63,755 nucleotides of DNA, from the NCBI GenBank assembly GCA_944377465.1, contig CALWFA010000002.1:1-63755 (forward strand). The letters are read 5' to 3'. The translations under genes were made by a program, and so were the position numbers. Positions 7,696 through 17,814 of this stretch are shown here, piece by piece. Each line of letters starts with the position of its first letter. Positions within the stretch are counted from its first letter, which is position 1. The DNA is from an uncultured Clostridia bacterium (GTDB lineage Bacteria; Bacillota; Clostridia; Christensenellales; UBA1242). Under the pieces are notes generated by a model. That model was not told the DNA's origin and did no database searches. It was given only the letters and a program-made list of their open reading frames with translations.

Positions 7696-10600
7696 ATGTT
7701 TGAATTAAACAATTTTGACTCAATCCGTGTAGGTATTGCTTCCCCTGAGATGATCAGAAGCTGGTCACGCGGGGAGGTGACTAAGCCTGAGACTATCAAT
7801 TACCGCACGCAGAAGCCTGAAAAGGACGGCTTATTCTGCGAGCGTATTTTTGGACCTAAAAAAGATTGGGAATGTCACTGTGGTAAATACAAGCGCGTCA
7901 GATATAAAGGCGTCATCTGTGATAAATGTGGAGTAGAGGTTACTCGCAGTAAGGTGCGTCGTGAGCGTATGGGACACATAGAGCTCGCTTGTCCAGTCAG
8001 CCATATCTGGTTTTTCAAAGGTGTACCTTCTCGCATTGGTATAATACTTGACATGCCTGCAAAGCTATTAGATGAAGTATTATATTATGTGAGCTATGTC
8101 GTGCTTGATCCTAAGAATACTGAGTTTAGTTATAAGCAGGTCATTAGAGATAGAGAATACAGAGAGGCGCTAGAGAAATACGGTCCTAATGGCTTTAGAG
8201 CAGGTATGGGTGGCGAAGCTATCAAGGAATTGCTCAATAATATAGACCTAGAGAAAGAGAGAGACGAGCTCATTCAGATCATGCATTCTTCAAAGGGTCA
8301 GAAGAAGCTCAAGGCTACTAAGCGCCTTGAGGTCGTAGAAGCATTCATCAAGAGCGGAAATAAGCCTAGCTGGATGATACTAGATGTCATACCAGTGATC
8401 CCGCCAGATCTTCGACCTTTGGTACAGATCGATGGTGGTAAATTCGCTGCATCTGACTTAAACGATCTATATCGTCGTGTGATCAATAGAAACAATCGCT
8501 TGAAGAAATTGATCGAACTAGGTGCTCCAGAGATCATTATCCGTAATGAGAAGCGTATGCTTCAAGAAGCTGTCGATGCATTGTTTGACAATGGTAAGCG
8601 TGGTCGTGCAGTGCAGGGTAGCCGTCAGCGAGATCTAAAATCACTCACTGCATCGCTGAAAGGTAAGCATGGTCGTTTCCGTCAGAACTTGCTCGGAAAG
8701 CGTGTCGATTACTCAGGACGAAGCGTAATCGTGGTAGGACCAGAGCTCAAGATATATCAGTGTGGTCTGCCTAAAGTAATGGCTCTAGATCTATTTAGAC
8801 CATTTATTATTAAGAAATTACTGGAGATCAACGCGACAAACAATCTAAAGAAAGCTACTCGTATGATCGATCAGGAGCGTCCTATCGTATACGATATATT
8901 GCAAGAAGTCGTACAGGGTCACCCAGTATTATTGAACCGTGCACCTACATTGCACAAGCTAAGTGTACAAGCCTTTGAGCCTATCCTAGTAGAAGGCAAG
9001 GCGATCAGATTACCGCCTCTAGCCTGCGGTGGATTCAATGCGGACTTCGACGGTGACCAGATGAGTATCCATGTGCCATTGTCAGTAGAGGCGCGTACAG
9101 AAGCTAGAATGATACTACTTGCTTCAAACAATGTATTGAAGCCTAGTGATGGTACACCTAATATGCTTCCTAGCCAGGATATGATATTGGGTAACTATTA
9201 TATTACAGTCATTCGTGATGGAGCAAAGGGCGAAGGAATGACTTTCGCTAGTGAAGATGAAGCACAGCTCGCTTATGAAAATGGCGACCTTAGTCTTCAG
9301 GCAAAGATTTCTGTCAGAAGAACAGTTGATTTTGAGGGCGAAAAGCTCACAGGTAGAGTAAACACCACATTAGGTCGTATTATATTCAATAAAATTATTC
9401 CACAAGATTTAGGCTATGTGGATAGATCAAAGCGTGAAAACGCTCTCAAATATGAGATAGATTTTGATGTGAAGAAAGGTGATTATAGCAAGCTGATCGA
9501 GACCTGCTATCGTAAGCATGGCACGAACACTACCGTAATCATGATAGATAATATCAAGAATCTAGGATACAAATATTCTACACTTGCTAGTATATCAATG
9601 TCAGTATTCGACATGACGGAAGCAAAAGAGAAAGATTCAATCATCTCCGATGCGGATAAACTCGTACAACAAAACGACGCCATGTATATGCAGGGCTTCA
9701 TCAACGAAGATACCAAGGTATCAAAGAACCTTGAAATTTGGCGTGAGACAGTAGACAAGATCATTAAAGTCACCAGCGCAAATATGGATAAATTTAATCC
9801 ACTGAAGATCATCATCACATCAAAGGCGCGTGGTGGTGAAGATTCATTGAAACAGCTGAGCGGTATGATTGGTAACATGGACGCTGCTAGTGGTGGTATA
9901 TCTGATGTGCCAGTAAAATCAAACTTTAGAAGAGGTCTTTCTCCTATCGAATATTATAGTGCGGCGCGTGGTAGCCGAAAGCAGCTGATGGATACAGCGC
10001 TCAAGACTGCGGATTCTGGTTATCTGACTAGAAGACTAGTAGATATAGCACAGGATACTACCGTGACAGAAGAGGATTGTTTTGCTAACCTTAATGAGTC
10101 TGTCAAGGGTATCGAAGTGACTGCAATCATGCAAAATGGTGTAGAGATCGAGTCTCTATTCAATAGGATAGTAGGTAGATTCACTTCAGCTCCTGTCATT
10201 GACCCTAAGAGCAAGAAAGAGATCTGCGGAGCTGATCAATTCATCACTGAAGAGATCGCTCATGAGATCGTAGATGCTGGCATAGAGAAAGTGGCTATCC
10301 GTAGCGTGCTCACATGTAAGGCAAAGTCTGGCGTGTGTGCTAAATGTTATGGTCGAGATATGTCTACTAACGATATCGTGCATGTAGGTGAAGCTGTCGG
10401 TGTCATCGCCGCTCAATCTATCGGTGAGCCTGGTACACAGCTTGTCCTTCGTACCTTCCATAGTGGTGGTGCGGCGTCTGCCGATATTACATCAGGTCTA
10501 CCTAGAGTAGAAGAGATCTTCGAAGCACGAAATCCAAAAGGTGCGGCAGTCATCTGTGATATCGGTGGTAAGGTCACGATCAATCAGATAGACAAGCGTT

Positions 10601-11262
10601 ATGAAGTGGTGATCAAAGGTAACACAGAAGAGAGCTACATGCTTCCTTATGGCTCAGTACTTAAGGTGAAGAATGGTGATGTGGTGACTCCTGGTACAGC
10701 GCTCACAGAAGGTTCGCTAAATCCGAAAGATGTATTGAGGACACGCGGTGTAGAGAAAGTGCAAGAATATCTATTGAACGAAGTCTTGAATGTGTATAAA
10801 TCACAATCAGTTTCGATCAATGCTAAGCACCTTGAGATCATCATCAAACAGATGCTCAGAAAAGTCAAGATCGAGAATCCTGGTGACACAGATCTATTGC
10901 CTGGTGACATCGTGGATATCAAAGTCTTTGAAGAAGCTAACCTAAAGATCCTACAAGAAGGTGGTATGCCTGCATCTGCAAAGCGTGAGCTACAAGGTAT
11001 CACAAAGGCATCTTTGACTACAGAAAGTTTCTTGTCTGCAGCATCGTTCCAAGAGTCGAGCAATGTATTGACCGAAGCTGCATTAAAGGGCAAAGTAGAT
11101 CACTTGGCAGGACTAAAGGAAAACATCTTGATAGGAAAGATGATCCCTGCTGGTACTGGTTCGCCTGTGTACAGGAATATGTTGCCTAAGCAAGTAAAAG
11201 AAGACAACACAATGTATGCAAATCAAGATGTCGCTATCAAGTTTGACGATATTGACGAATAA
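7696..11262 (+). CDS. rpoC: DNA-directed RNA polymerase subunit beta'
   Basis: 1188 aa. N-terminal zinc finger [23 protein letters not shown] and catalytic NADFDGDQM motif. AGGAGA SD. Confidence 0.98.
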   Translation: MFELNNFDSIRVGIASPEMIRSWSRGEVTKPETINYRTQKPEKDGLFCERIFGPKKDWECHCGKYKRVRYKGVICDKCGVEVTRSKVRRERMGHIELACPVSHIWFFKGVPSRIGIILDMPAKLLDEVLYYVSYVVLDPKNTEFSYKQVIRDREYREALEKYGPNGFRAGMGGEAIKELLNNIDLEKERDELIQIMHSSKGQKKLKATKRLEVVEAFIKSGNKPSWMILDVIPVIPPDLRPLVQIDGGKFAASDLNDLYRRVINRNNRLKKLIELGAPEIIIRNEKRMLQEAVDALFDNGKRGRAVQGSRQRDLKSLTASLKGKHGRFRQNLLGKRVDYSGRSVIVVGPELKIYQCGLPKVMALDLFRPFIIKKLLEINATNNLKKATRMIDQERPIVYDILQEVVQGHPVLLNRAPTLHKLSVQAFEPILVEGKAIRLPPLACGGFNADFDGDQMSIHVPLSVEARTEARMILLASNNVLKPSDGTPNMLPSQDMILGNYYITVIRDGAKGEGMTFASEDEAQLAYENGDLSLQAKISVRRTVDFEGEKLTGRVNTTLGRIIFNKIIPQDLGYVDRSKRENALKYEIDFDVKKGDYSKLIETCYRKHGTNTTVIMIDNIKNLGYKYSTLASISMSVFDMTEAKEKDSIISDADKLVQQNDAMYMQGFINEDTKVSKNLEIWRETVDKIIKVTSANMDKFNPLKIIITSKARGGEDSLKQLSGMIGNMDAASGGISDVPVKSNFRRGLSPIEYYSAARGSRKQLMDTALKTADSGYLTRRLVDIAQDTTVTEEDCFANLNESVKGIEVTAIMQNGVEIESLFNRIVGRFTSAPVIDPKSKKEICGADQFITEEIAHEIVDAGIEKVAIRSVLTCKAKSGVCAKCYGRDMSTNDIVHVGEAVGVIAAQSIGEPGTQLVLRTFHSGGAASADITSGLPRVEEIFEARNPKGAAVICDIGGKVTINQIDKRYEVVIKGNTEESYMLPYGSVLKVKNGDVVTPGTALTEGSLNPKDVLRTRGVEKVQEYLLNEVLNVYKSQSVSINAKHLEIIIKQMLRKVKIENPGDTDLLPGDIVDIKVFEEANLKILQEGGMPASAKRELQGITKASLTTESFLSAASFQESSNVLTEAALKGKVDHLAGLKENILIGKMIPAGTGSPVYRNMLPKQVKEDNTMYANQDVAIKFDDIDE

Positions 11263-11264
11263 GA

Positions 11265-11290
11265 AAATCTCGCTATTTAGCGAGATTTTT
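11265..11290 (+). terminator. intrinsic terminator after rpoC
   Basis: AAATCTCGCT-ATTT-AGCGAGATTT hairpin followed by a T-run, immediately after the stop codon. Confidence 0.8.
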
Positions 11291-11530
11291 GTATTTCATG
11301 ATTATTTATTTTAAGATTAGCATTGTAGGTTTTATTAAATTTATAACAGATAAAAATTAAATAAAAATTAATATTGAAAATAATAAAAAATAAAATCATT
11401 ATTTAGAGATTACAACTGTATCTAAATTAAATTAATTATATTATAATTAATATAAATATATGTCAAAAACCTCTATAATATAGTATTTTATCGACAGTGA
11501 AAAAATATTGAAGAATTTATGTAAAATCTA

Positions 11531-11559
11531 TTTACAAATTTGTTATTTTGTGCTATTAT
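11531..11559 (+). promoter_or_regulatory. sigma-70-type promoter
   Basis: TTTACA (11531-11536), 17 nt, extended -10 TGcTATTAT (11551-11559). Confidence 0.5.
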
Positions 11560-11582
11560 GTAGTCATAAATAAGGAGGGCTT

Positions 11583-11951
11583 ATGGCAAAAGAAAAAAGC
11601 ATTCTAGGAAGAAGAAAAGCAACAACCTCACACAGAACTTCGACTGCTAATATTATCAAAGCTAGACTCGCATCGGCGAGTGATCGTCTCACTCTAGTCG
11701 AAAAAATGACGAGAGAGAATGTGGTTAATAATGGAGTTAATTCGACAATATCTCCTTTTGAAATTGCCATTGCACGAGCTACTTTTGAGGAAGAGAAAAA
11801 GCATTTAATAGCACTCATGACAGCAGAAAACACCGCATTTAAAGGATCAGTAAATACTGCTAAAATCAGAAAAACATTAGCTAAAAGGAGAGCTGAGATT
11901 GCTCGTAGAGCGCGCGATGCAGAAGCTCAAATAGAAGGATTACAAGCATAA
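11583..11951 (+). CDS. hypothetical basic, Ala/Arg/Lys-rich protein (122 aa)
   Basis: Strong SD AAGGAGGG, with its own promoter and terminator. The sequence looks helical (…AKRRAEIARRARDAEAQIEGLQA). No family recognised. Confidence 0.6.
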   Translation: MAKEKSILGRRKATTSHRTSTANIIKARLASASDRLTLVEKMTRENVVNNGVNSTISPFEIAIARATFEEEKKHLIALMTAENTAFKGSVNTAKIRKTLAKRRAEIARRARDAEAQIEGLQA

Positions 11952-11955
11952 TATT

Positions 11956-11980
11956 ATCCCCTAATCATAGGGGATTTTTT
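11956..11980 (+). terminator. intrinsic terminator
   Basis: ATCCCCT-AATCAT-AGGGGAT hairpin followed by T6. Confidence 0.75.
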
Positions 11981-12027
11981 ATTTGGATTAGTTATATATT
12001 GATACTGGCATATTATGACTTTATAGT

Positions 12028-12495
12028 CTATATTTTTTTAGTAAAGCATTTTTGCTTGTTTACACAAGACATAGAGTCGTCCACTTCAAAGCCTTTATTT
12101 ATATAGAAATCGTAGATATTTTCATCGGCAGTCAAGACAATTCTTTTAATGTGTTCTTGTTTTAAATAGTCTTCAAATAAGTCCATGAGTTTTGTTGCGA
12201 TATGTCTGTTCCTTTCGCTTTCTATCACATAAAGTTCTTCAATGTATCCAAAACTATATTTGAAGAATTTTGTCTCATCACGGAGCTTGATCACTCTAAA
12301 CAAAATAAAGCCTGCAAGCTTGTCAGACTTTTTATATACGATACACTTAGTGCCATGCTTTTTACTTGAATTTTCAATCTGGTCAAAAACACTTGTGTGT
12401 TCGCTTAGAGTAATACCCTCTCCGCGATAGTATTCTGTAAAAATCTTTTTAAACTCTTCCGATTTGAAATCATGATAATATTCAAAACATTCCAT
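12028..12495 (-). CDS. GNAT family N-acetyltransferase
   Basis: 155 aa. Acetyl-CoA-binding core pattern (GYIEELYVIESERNRHIATKLMDLFEDYLK ... YDFYINKGF). Confidence 0.8.
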   Translation of the reverse strand: MECFEYYHDFKSEEFKKIFTEYYRGEGITLSEHTSVFDQIENSSKKHGTKCIVYKKSDKLAGFILFRVIKLRDETKFFKYSFGYIEELYVIESERNRHIATKLMDLFEDYLKQEHIKRIVLTADENIYDFYINKGFEVDDSMSCVNKQKCFTKKI

Positions 12496-12501
12496 GATTT
12501 T

Positions 12502-12530
12502 ATTATATTGATTAAATTATAAAAAGTCAA
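12502..12530 (-). promoter_or_regulatory. sigma-70-type promoter of the GNAT gene (leaderless candidate)
   Basis: The minus strand reads TTGACT-17nt-TATAAT-aaaatc-ATG. The -10 box ends 6 nt before the start codon and there is no SD. Confidence 0.6.
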
Positions 12531-12780
12531 TGATCTTATACATGTTTATATAGTCGCACGCAATATTTGTGCAAATGTTAATCCATTTCCTCTTAGCTAT
12601 CGTTGCTTCAAATTATATACAGCTATAAATAATGAGTAGCAGAAGTTTTTAGTCCGATAAAAATGATATAAGATCAAAAGTAATCATATCTTCTTTTGTG
12701 AGTGTCAAATCTTTTGTATTTTATCAATGTGTATCTATATCTAATTTGTGATAAAAATTCTGAGAAATTAGACAATTTAT

Positions 12781-12809
12781 TTTACATAATTGAAAATATA
12801 TGATATAAT
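12781..12809 (+). promoter_or_regulatory. sigma-70-type promoter
   Basis: TTTACA (12781-12786), 17 nt, extended -10 TGaTATAAT (12801-12809). Confidence 0.55.
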
Positions 12810-12832
12810 TGATCTATATTTTAGGAGTGTGT

Positions 12833-13090
12833 ATGAAAGAATTAGTCTATCCAGCAGTTTTGTATAAAGATGCCAGCACAGGTTGGTATACTATTCAGAT
12901 TAAGGAATTAGACATCGTAGACGAAGGTCAGACTGTCGTAGAGGCATATATTAAGGCAAAGGAGTTGCTCTGTGCTATGGTGGACTGTGCTATTAAGTTT
13001 GATTGCGAGATAGAGGGACCATCTGATTTTGATGAAGTGTATAAATCTAACAGGAAAAACATTGTATTATTAGTAGATGCTCTAGCATAG
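12833..13090 (+). CDS. HicB-like (UPF0150-type) antitoxin-fold protein, 85 aa
   Basis: ATG 12833 follows SD TAGGAG. The pattern YPAVLYKDASTGWYTIQIKELDIVDEGQTVVEAYIKAKELL resembles the HicB N-terminal fold. No DNA-binding C-terminal domain is present. Confidence 0.55.
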   Translation: MKELVYPAVLYKDASTGWYTIQIKELDIVDEGQTVVEAYIKAKELLCAMVDCAIKFDCEIEGPSDFDEVYKSNRKNIVLLVDALA

Positions 13091-13098
13091 GAGATGGT

Positions 13099-13626
13099 AT
13101 GACCAAGGTAAATGTACTTAATTGGCCACAATTAGATTTTTTGATTAATAATTTTTATGAGATAGTGGAGTACAAACGAGGACGAGGTATCTATGGGGAC
13201 AGAGTGGTGCTGAAGAGACCGCGTCATGCGAGTGCGATATTTAATGAGTCAGATAGATTGTATTCGTTCTATTACATGGACGCAAATGCAGTAAAAGAGC
13301 TCCCAAAGACATTAGAGGAGCGTATCAAGATCATCGCTAGATTCGTGACTACTCCAGAAGATATGAATGTATTGTGTGAGTTTGATCAGGCGAATGGTGT
13401 GGAGCCGACCGAGTGGGCTATCGAGACGAAGCATCTCTTGATTGATAGCGGGGTCCAAGATTTTGCAGAGCTCAACAATATTCTGATAGATCAATATAAG
13501 AAATTGGACAGCAATTTTATTAGTAAGATCAATAAACATAGAGAAAAACAGTATTTTTTGGCTAGTAGTGATGAGTTTAACTTCGTCACAAAGGAATATG
13601 CAAATCAACAATTAGCTATTTTGTAG
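13099..13626 (+). CDS. hypothetical protein (175 aa), co-transcribed with the HicB-like gene
   Basis: The start lies 8 nt after the upstream stop, with SD AGGAGA. No family recognised. Confidence 0.6.
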   Translation: MTKVNVLNWPQLDFLINNFYEIVEYKRGRGIYGDRVVLKRPRHASAIFNESDRLYSFYYMDANAVKELPKTLEERIKIIARFVTTPEDMNVLCEFDQANGVEPTEWAIETKHLLIDSGVQDFAELNNILIDQYKKLDSNFISKINKHREKQYFLASSDEFNFVTKEYANQQLAIL

Positions 13627-13823
13627 TTTTCATTATCATTTGGTATAAAAAGAGACTATTTTAAAATAGCTTTTTTTATTTTTTTGTCTCTAAAAAATAG
13701 ATCGGGTCTATATATAATAAAAATATTTTTTTATTCGACATAACTAGTCTTTTTTTTCAAAATAAAATATGTTTAAAATCTTAAACTATTTAATGTAAAG
13801 TTTATAAATGTAGATGATTTTGT

Positions 13824-13852
13824 TTGACAAAAATTTCTATATTTATTACAAT
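13824..13852 (+). promoter_or_regulatory. sigma-70-type promoter
   Basis: TTGACA (13824-13829), 17 nt, TACAAT (13847-13852). Confidence 0.55.
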
Positions 13853-13881
13853 AAACTAGACATTATTTCAAGGAGACTACA

Positions 13882-16800
13882 ATGAACATAGTAAAAAAGT
13901 ATTTCAAACAGATTTTATGTTTTTTAGCATTCATTTTAGCTAGCATAATTTTTGCATTTAGTCCGATTTCAGGTGCGTATGCAGCTGAGATTGCATTCGA
14001 TAATTATGTTACTGCTATCAATGCTATCAAGATGCCTAGCGATGAGATTAGCGTGGCAGACGGCGAGACTCTAGATATCCCTTTGCTTGCTACTACATTG
14101 AATGGAGCAGGATCTAATGACCTAATCACCAACGGCTATACCATTCAAGTAGTCGACACTGTGGGTACAGTGCATGAGTTTGCGTCCAGCTCTGCTGTGA
14201 GCGATTTTGACGACGGCTATTTTGCTTATACTCAAGGTGAAGATTTCGTCCGAGTAAAAGTATTGGATAACGGAAAATATGACATAATGTATGTCGTTAC
14301 TAGTGGTGACAAGACTTATTATTCCGCAAATTATTCAGTGACAGTGTCAAATGCTCGATATGAATTCGACTTTACAGATGCTACTACTGGTCTTGAGACA
14401 TTGGTGCCTACCAGAGTGGCTGAAGATGATGAGGCTAGGATCGAGATACCAGTGGCTAGAGTGAAGCAGAGCGGTATCGAAGAAGATATCTATGTCGATG
14501 GTGTCACTGTACTTCCTAGAGTGACTGTAAACGATGTAGAGCAAGATATCGAAGATAGTGAATATATCAGCAAAGATGATGCTACTGGCAAATACTATGT
14601 CATCCCTAGCGTGAGTGGTACTATCACATTACAGTATGACTACAATCTTGGCAGCGTGCCACCTAGCGAAACATATACAATAGAAGTAAGTGATACCTAT
14701 GAGATGCCTACATCCGAAGATATTGATATCGCTATACCTAGTCTGCCTAGCATAGAATTGGGAGAGGAAGATATAGAGCTTCCTTCACTGACTGTAAATA
14801 ACAATCACGAGACTAATGTAGATTATAATATCACTAAGATCGTTATTACCAAAGTAAATAACACTTCTATTACAGCTACACTTCCTGCAAACACTTTGAA
14901 GTTTGACATGACTGTGGAGACATTCAATACTAATAATCCTGACTTGACATATAGAGACATGGTAGGTGACTATAGGATCGAATATTTCATCACAGACGCG
15001 TATGGCAATGAAGCTACTGTCAATGGTGTCGTTAGAAATGTTACAGATAGTAGCAATCCTACAGTCTATCTAGCATATGAGTATAATGTGACTGGTGAAG
15101 GAGCAAATATCGCACCTGTAGATACTGTAAATACTGAATATGCTGTAGACATGAAGGCTAAATATGGCTATTCAGAGCTTCTATTCCCAGCTATATTTGC
15201 AGAAGATTTAGTAAGCAATTATGGAGATTTTAAATTTTATCGTTATATTCAGAACAATAATACTAGACAATATTACTACTTAGACAATGTAAGATATGAA
15301 GACGGCGAGTTCATCACAGTGAACGAGGGAGAGTCTGGATACAACTATGCTAAGACTGATGAAATGACTGCTAATTCAATGGTTAGATTCCAATTCACAG
15401 AAGAAGGCAGTGAAGAGAGTGAGTCAGAGTATGCTGGCACATATACATTGTATTATAGAGTATATTCTGATACTATAAAGAGTCAAAATGCGACTATTAG
15501 TTATACCTTTGAAATCTTGCCTACATCAAATGTAGGTGACAGTGAGAAATCTACTCCTACGATTTCTATCAACAATCTTAGAAATGGTTCATCTGTAGCT
15601 AGTACTGATGAGATCGAAGTAAATATCACAGCATCTGATACTATCGATGAGAGACTGAAGAAAGCGGTATTCTATTATTATGGCACAACTACTGCTAGCG
15701 ATACATTAATAGCAGATATCAATGAAGCTATAAATAGCTTTACCGATGACAATACGATGAATGTATTAGACTATCAGGCATTCATCACTAAGATGCAAGA
15801 GAAATATACAGGATTTAATGTAGCTACAGTAGATGAAGATGATGAAAACACATTCTATATCAATCTTGAAGGATATACTGATCAAGAGAATGTTCAGGTT
15901 TTAGCCGTAGCATTGAATGATTTTGAGAACATTGCAGTCGCTACTAGGACCCTGAATATCAAGAATATGAATGATGATGTAGCACCTACTTATACTATCA
16001 CGGCATCTGGCTCATTAGGAGACGGTACTACAAATATAAATGACGATCTGACATTTGATCAAGATGCTACTATTACACTACCTACAGTTGCGTTCGCAGA
16101 TACTGAAGATGAATATCTTGCTACTAGCGTATATTATTATATCGGATCACCTGAGAGCGAGGGTAATGGCTTGCAATTCATTACTCCTTCAGATAAAAAT
16201 ATAGGGAACACTGTAGTAGGTGGTACGATCATACCTACAGAATCAGGTTCTTATTATGTAGTCTATACAGCTATTGACGATGCTGGTAATACTTCATATG
16301 TATTCTTTACTTTCGATGTAGAGTTTGCTTATGCACCAGTACTTGAAGTCAATGTGTCTGGACAAAATATCAATTCAGAGCAAGAAATTGAATTGGTGGG
16401 TAATTCTGTCGAGGTAGAAGAGGGTGCTACAATCACTTTTGAGCCTACAGTATACACCAACGATAGAAAGACTGATATCTCAGATACTGCTACTATTGCA
16501 AATCCAGTAATCGTAGACAATGGTATTGATTATAGACCTACAGGAAATGGACAATATAGTTATCAATTCTTAAGCACTGGTACCTTTGATATCACATTTA
16601 AGGCAACTGATACTAACGGTAAATCTGACGAACAGACAATCCATGTGACTATTGTAGAGCAAGAGCTCGCTTGGGACAATGTAGATGAGGCAAGCGTTGC
16701 GACATATGCAAATTTGAATGAGACAGTAAGGTTACCATTGCTTACAGCTACTCGCGGTGCTAATAAAGCAGATGTTACTGTAAAAGTAACGGATCCTAAT

Positions 16801-17613
16801 GGTAATGAGATTGAAGTAGAACAATTCACTGACGATACATCGTCTGGATATAGATTCACTACTAGTGCTACTACTAAGGGAGAATATACAGTCACTTACA
16901 CTGCATCACTTAAAGGTAGCGAGTCAATATCTCAAGAATACAATATTCAAGTGGGCGATAGCGTGAAGCCTGATATCACTCTTGATAGTAATGCTGAAAG
17001 CGTATTAAAGCAAGATCTAATATACGATGGCACGAATGCGATCGAATATCAAATAACTATGGATAGGTACGGTACCGATAGACACTTGACTATCAAAGTT
17101 ACTAATAATGGTACAGTAGTATACGAGCAAAATACAGGTCTAAATATTACTGATAGAGACGGCACAGGTCAATCTACTCCTATTACTAGCTGGGGAGATC
17201 TAGAAGTTACTCTTACTAGCGACGATGGTATCGTATCATCTGGAGATGAAGATGGTGTATACCTAATCAATGGCGCAGGTCGCTGTGTATTGACTATATC
17301 TATCACTGATAGATATGACAATGAGAGAGAATACACTGTAGCATTCAATGTAGTTACTGAGTCAGATGTGAATGAAGAAACTGATGACTATGTAGGTGTG
17401 ATATTGATCGTTGTATCATTAGTGATACTTGCAGGTGTGATCTTATTCTTCACATTCGCTGGTAAGAAGGGCGGTTCAAACCAAACTAAAACAAGCAAGA
17501 AGACTACTAAATCAGCAAAGACTAGCAAGAAGTCTAGCGAAGAGACAGAAGAAGTCGTAGAGAAGAGCGAGGATAGCGATTCTGACGATGTGAAGACTGG
17601 TGAAGTAGAGTAA
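13882..17613 (+). CDS. large secreted surface protein with Ig-like repeats, a C-terminal TM anchor and a charged tail (1243 aa)
   Basis: Signal peptide with an AYA/AE cleavage-type site. The recurring signature G-x-Y-x-(V/I)-x-Y-x-x-x-D-x-x-G-N (e.g. GDYRIEYFITDAYGNEA, GSYYVVYTAIDDAGNTS, GTFDITFKATDTNGKSD) is typical of HYR/DUF5011-like Ig domains. A TM helix (VGVILIVVSLVILAGVILFFTFAG) is followed by a K/S/T-rich then acidic tail. Confidence 0.85.
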   Translation: MNIVKKYFKQILCFLAFILASIIFAFSPISGAYAAEIAFDNYVTAINAIKMPSDEISVADGETLDIPLLATTLNGAGSNDLITNGYTIQVVDTVGTVHEFASSSAVSDFDDGYFAYTQGEDFVRVKVLDNGKYDIMYVVTSGDKTYYSANYSVTVSNARYEFDFTDATTGLETLVPTRVAEDDEARIEIPVARVKQSGIEEDIYVDGVTVLPRVTVNDVEQDIEDSEYISKDDATGKYYVIPSVSGTITLQYDYNLGSVPPSETYTIEVSDTYEMPTSEDIDIAIPSLPSIELGEEDIELPSLTVNNNHETNVDYNITKIVITKVNNTSITATLPANTLKFDMTVETFNTNNPDLTYRDMVGDYRIEYFITDAYGNEATVNGVVRNVTDSSNPTVYLAYEYNVTGEGANIAPVDTVNTEYAVDMKAKYGYSELLFPAIFAEDLVSNYGDFKFYRYIQNNNTRQYYYLDNVRYEDGEFITVNEGESGYNYAKTDEMTANSMVRFQFTEEGSEESESEYAGTYTLYYRVYSDTIKSQNATISYTFEILPTSNVGDSEKSTPTISINNLRNGSSVASTDEIEVNITASDTIDERLKKAVFYYYGTTTASDTLIADINEAINSFTDDNTMNVLDYQAFITKMQEKYTGFNVATVDEDDENTFYINLEGYTDQENVQVLAVALNDFENIAVATRTLNIKNMNDDVAPTYTITASGSLGDGTTNINDDLTFDQDATITLPTVAFADTEDEYLATSVYYYIGSPESEGNGLQFITPSDKNIGNTVVGGTIIPTESGSYYVVYTAIDDAGNTSYVFFTFDVEFAYAPVLEVNVSGQNINSEQEIELVGNSVEVEEGATITFEPTVYTNDRKTDISDTATIANPVIVDNGIDYRPTGNGQYSYQFLSTGTFDITFKATDTNGKSDEQTIHVTIVEQELAWDNVDEASVATYANLNETVRLPLLTATRGANKADVTVKVTDPNGNEIEVEQFTDDTSSGYRFTTSATTKGEYTVTYTASLKGSESISQEYNIQVGDSVKPDITLDSNAESVLKQDLIYDGTNAIEYQITMDRYGTDRHLTIKVTNNGTVVYEQNTGLNITDRDGTGQSTPITSWGDLEVTLTSDDGIVSSGDEDGVYLINGAGRCVLTISITDRYDNEREYTVAFNVVTESDVNEETDDYVGVILIVVSLVILAGVILFFTFAGKKGGSNQTKTSKKTTKSAKTSKKSSEETEEVVEKSEDSDSDDVKTGEVE

Positions 17614-17623
17614 TAAAAATAAA

Positions 17624-17648
17624 AAGCGAAGATTATCTTCGCTTTTTT
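17624..17648 (+). terminator. intrinsic terminator
   Basis: AAGCGAAGA-TTA-TCTTCGCTT hairpin followed by a T-run. Confidence 0.8.
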
Positions 17649-17673
17649 GCTATTAATATGACTAAAATAATTA

Positions 17674-17709
17674 AAAGTAGCCACTAAAACAAAGTTTAGT
17701 GGCTACTTT
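17674..17709 (-). terminator. probable terminator of the uvrB operon
   Basis: 15-bp perfect hairpin (AAAGTAGCCACTAAA / TTTAGTGGCTACTTT), followed on the minus strand by T-rich sequence, ~105 nt past the uvrB stop. Confidence 0.5.
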
Positions 17710-17814
17710 ATAGCGGATTATTTTATTGAAATCTTATTATGAATATGCAATGTTTAAGATCTGATAAATCTGAGATTATAGATCGCGTCGGATAGATTAT
17801 CAAATAATATATGA

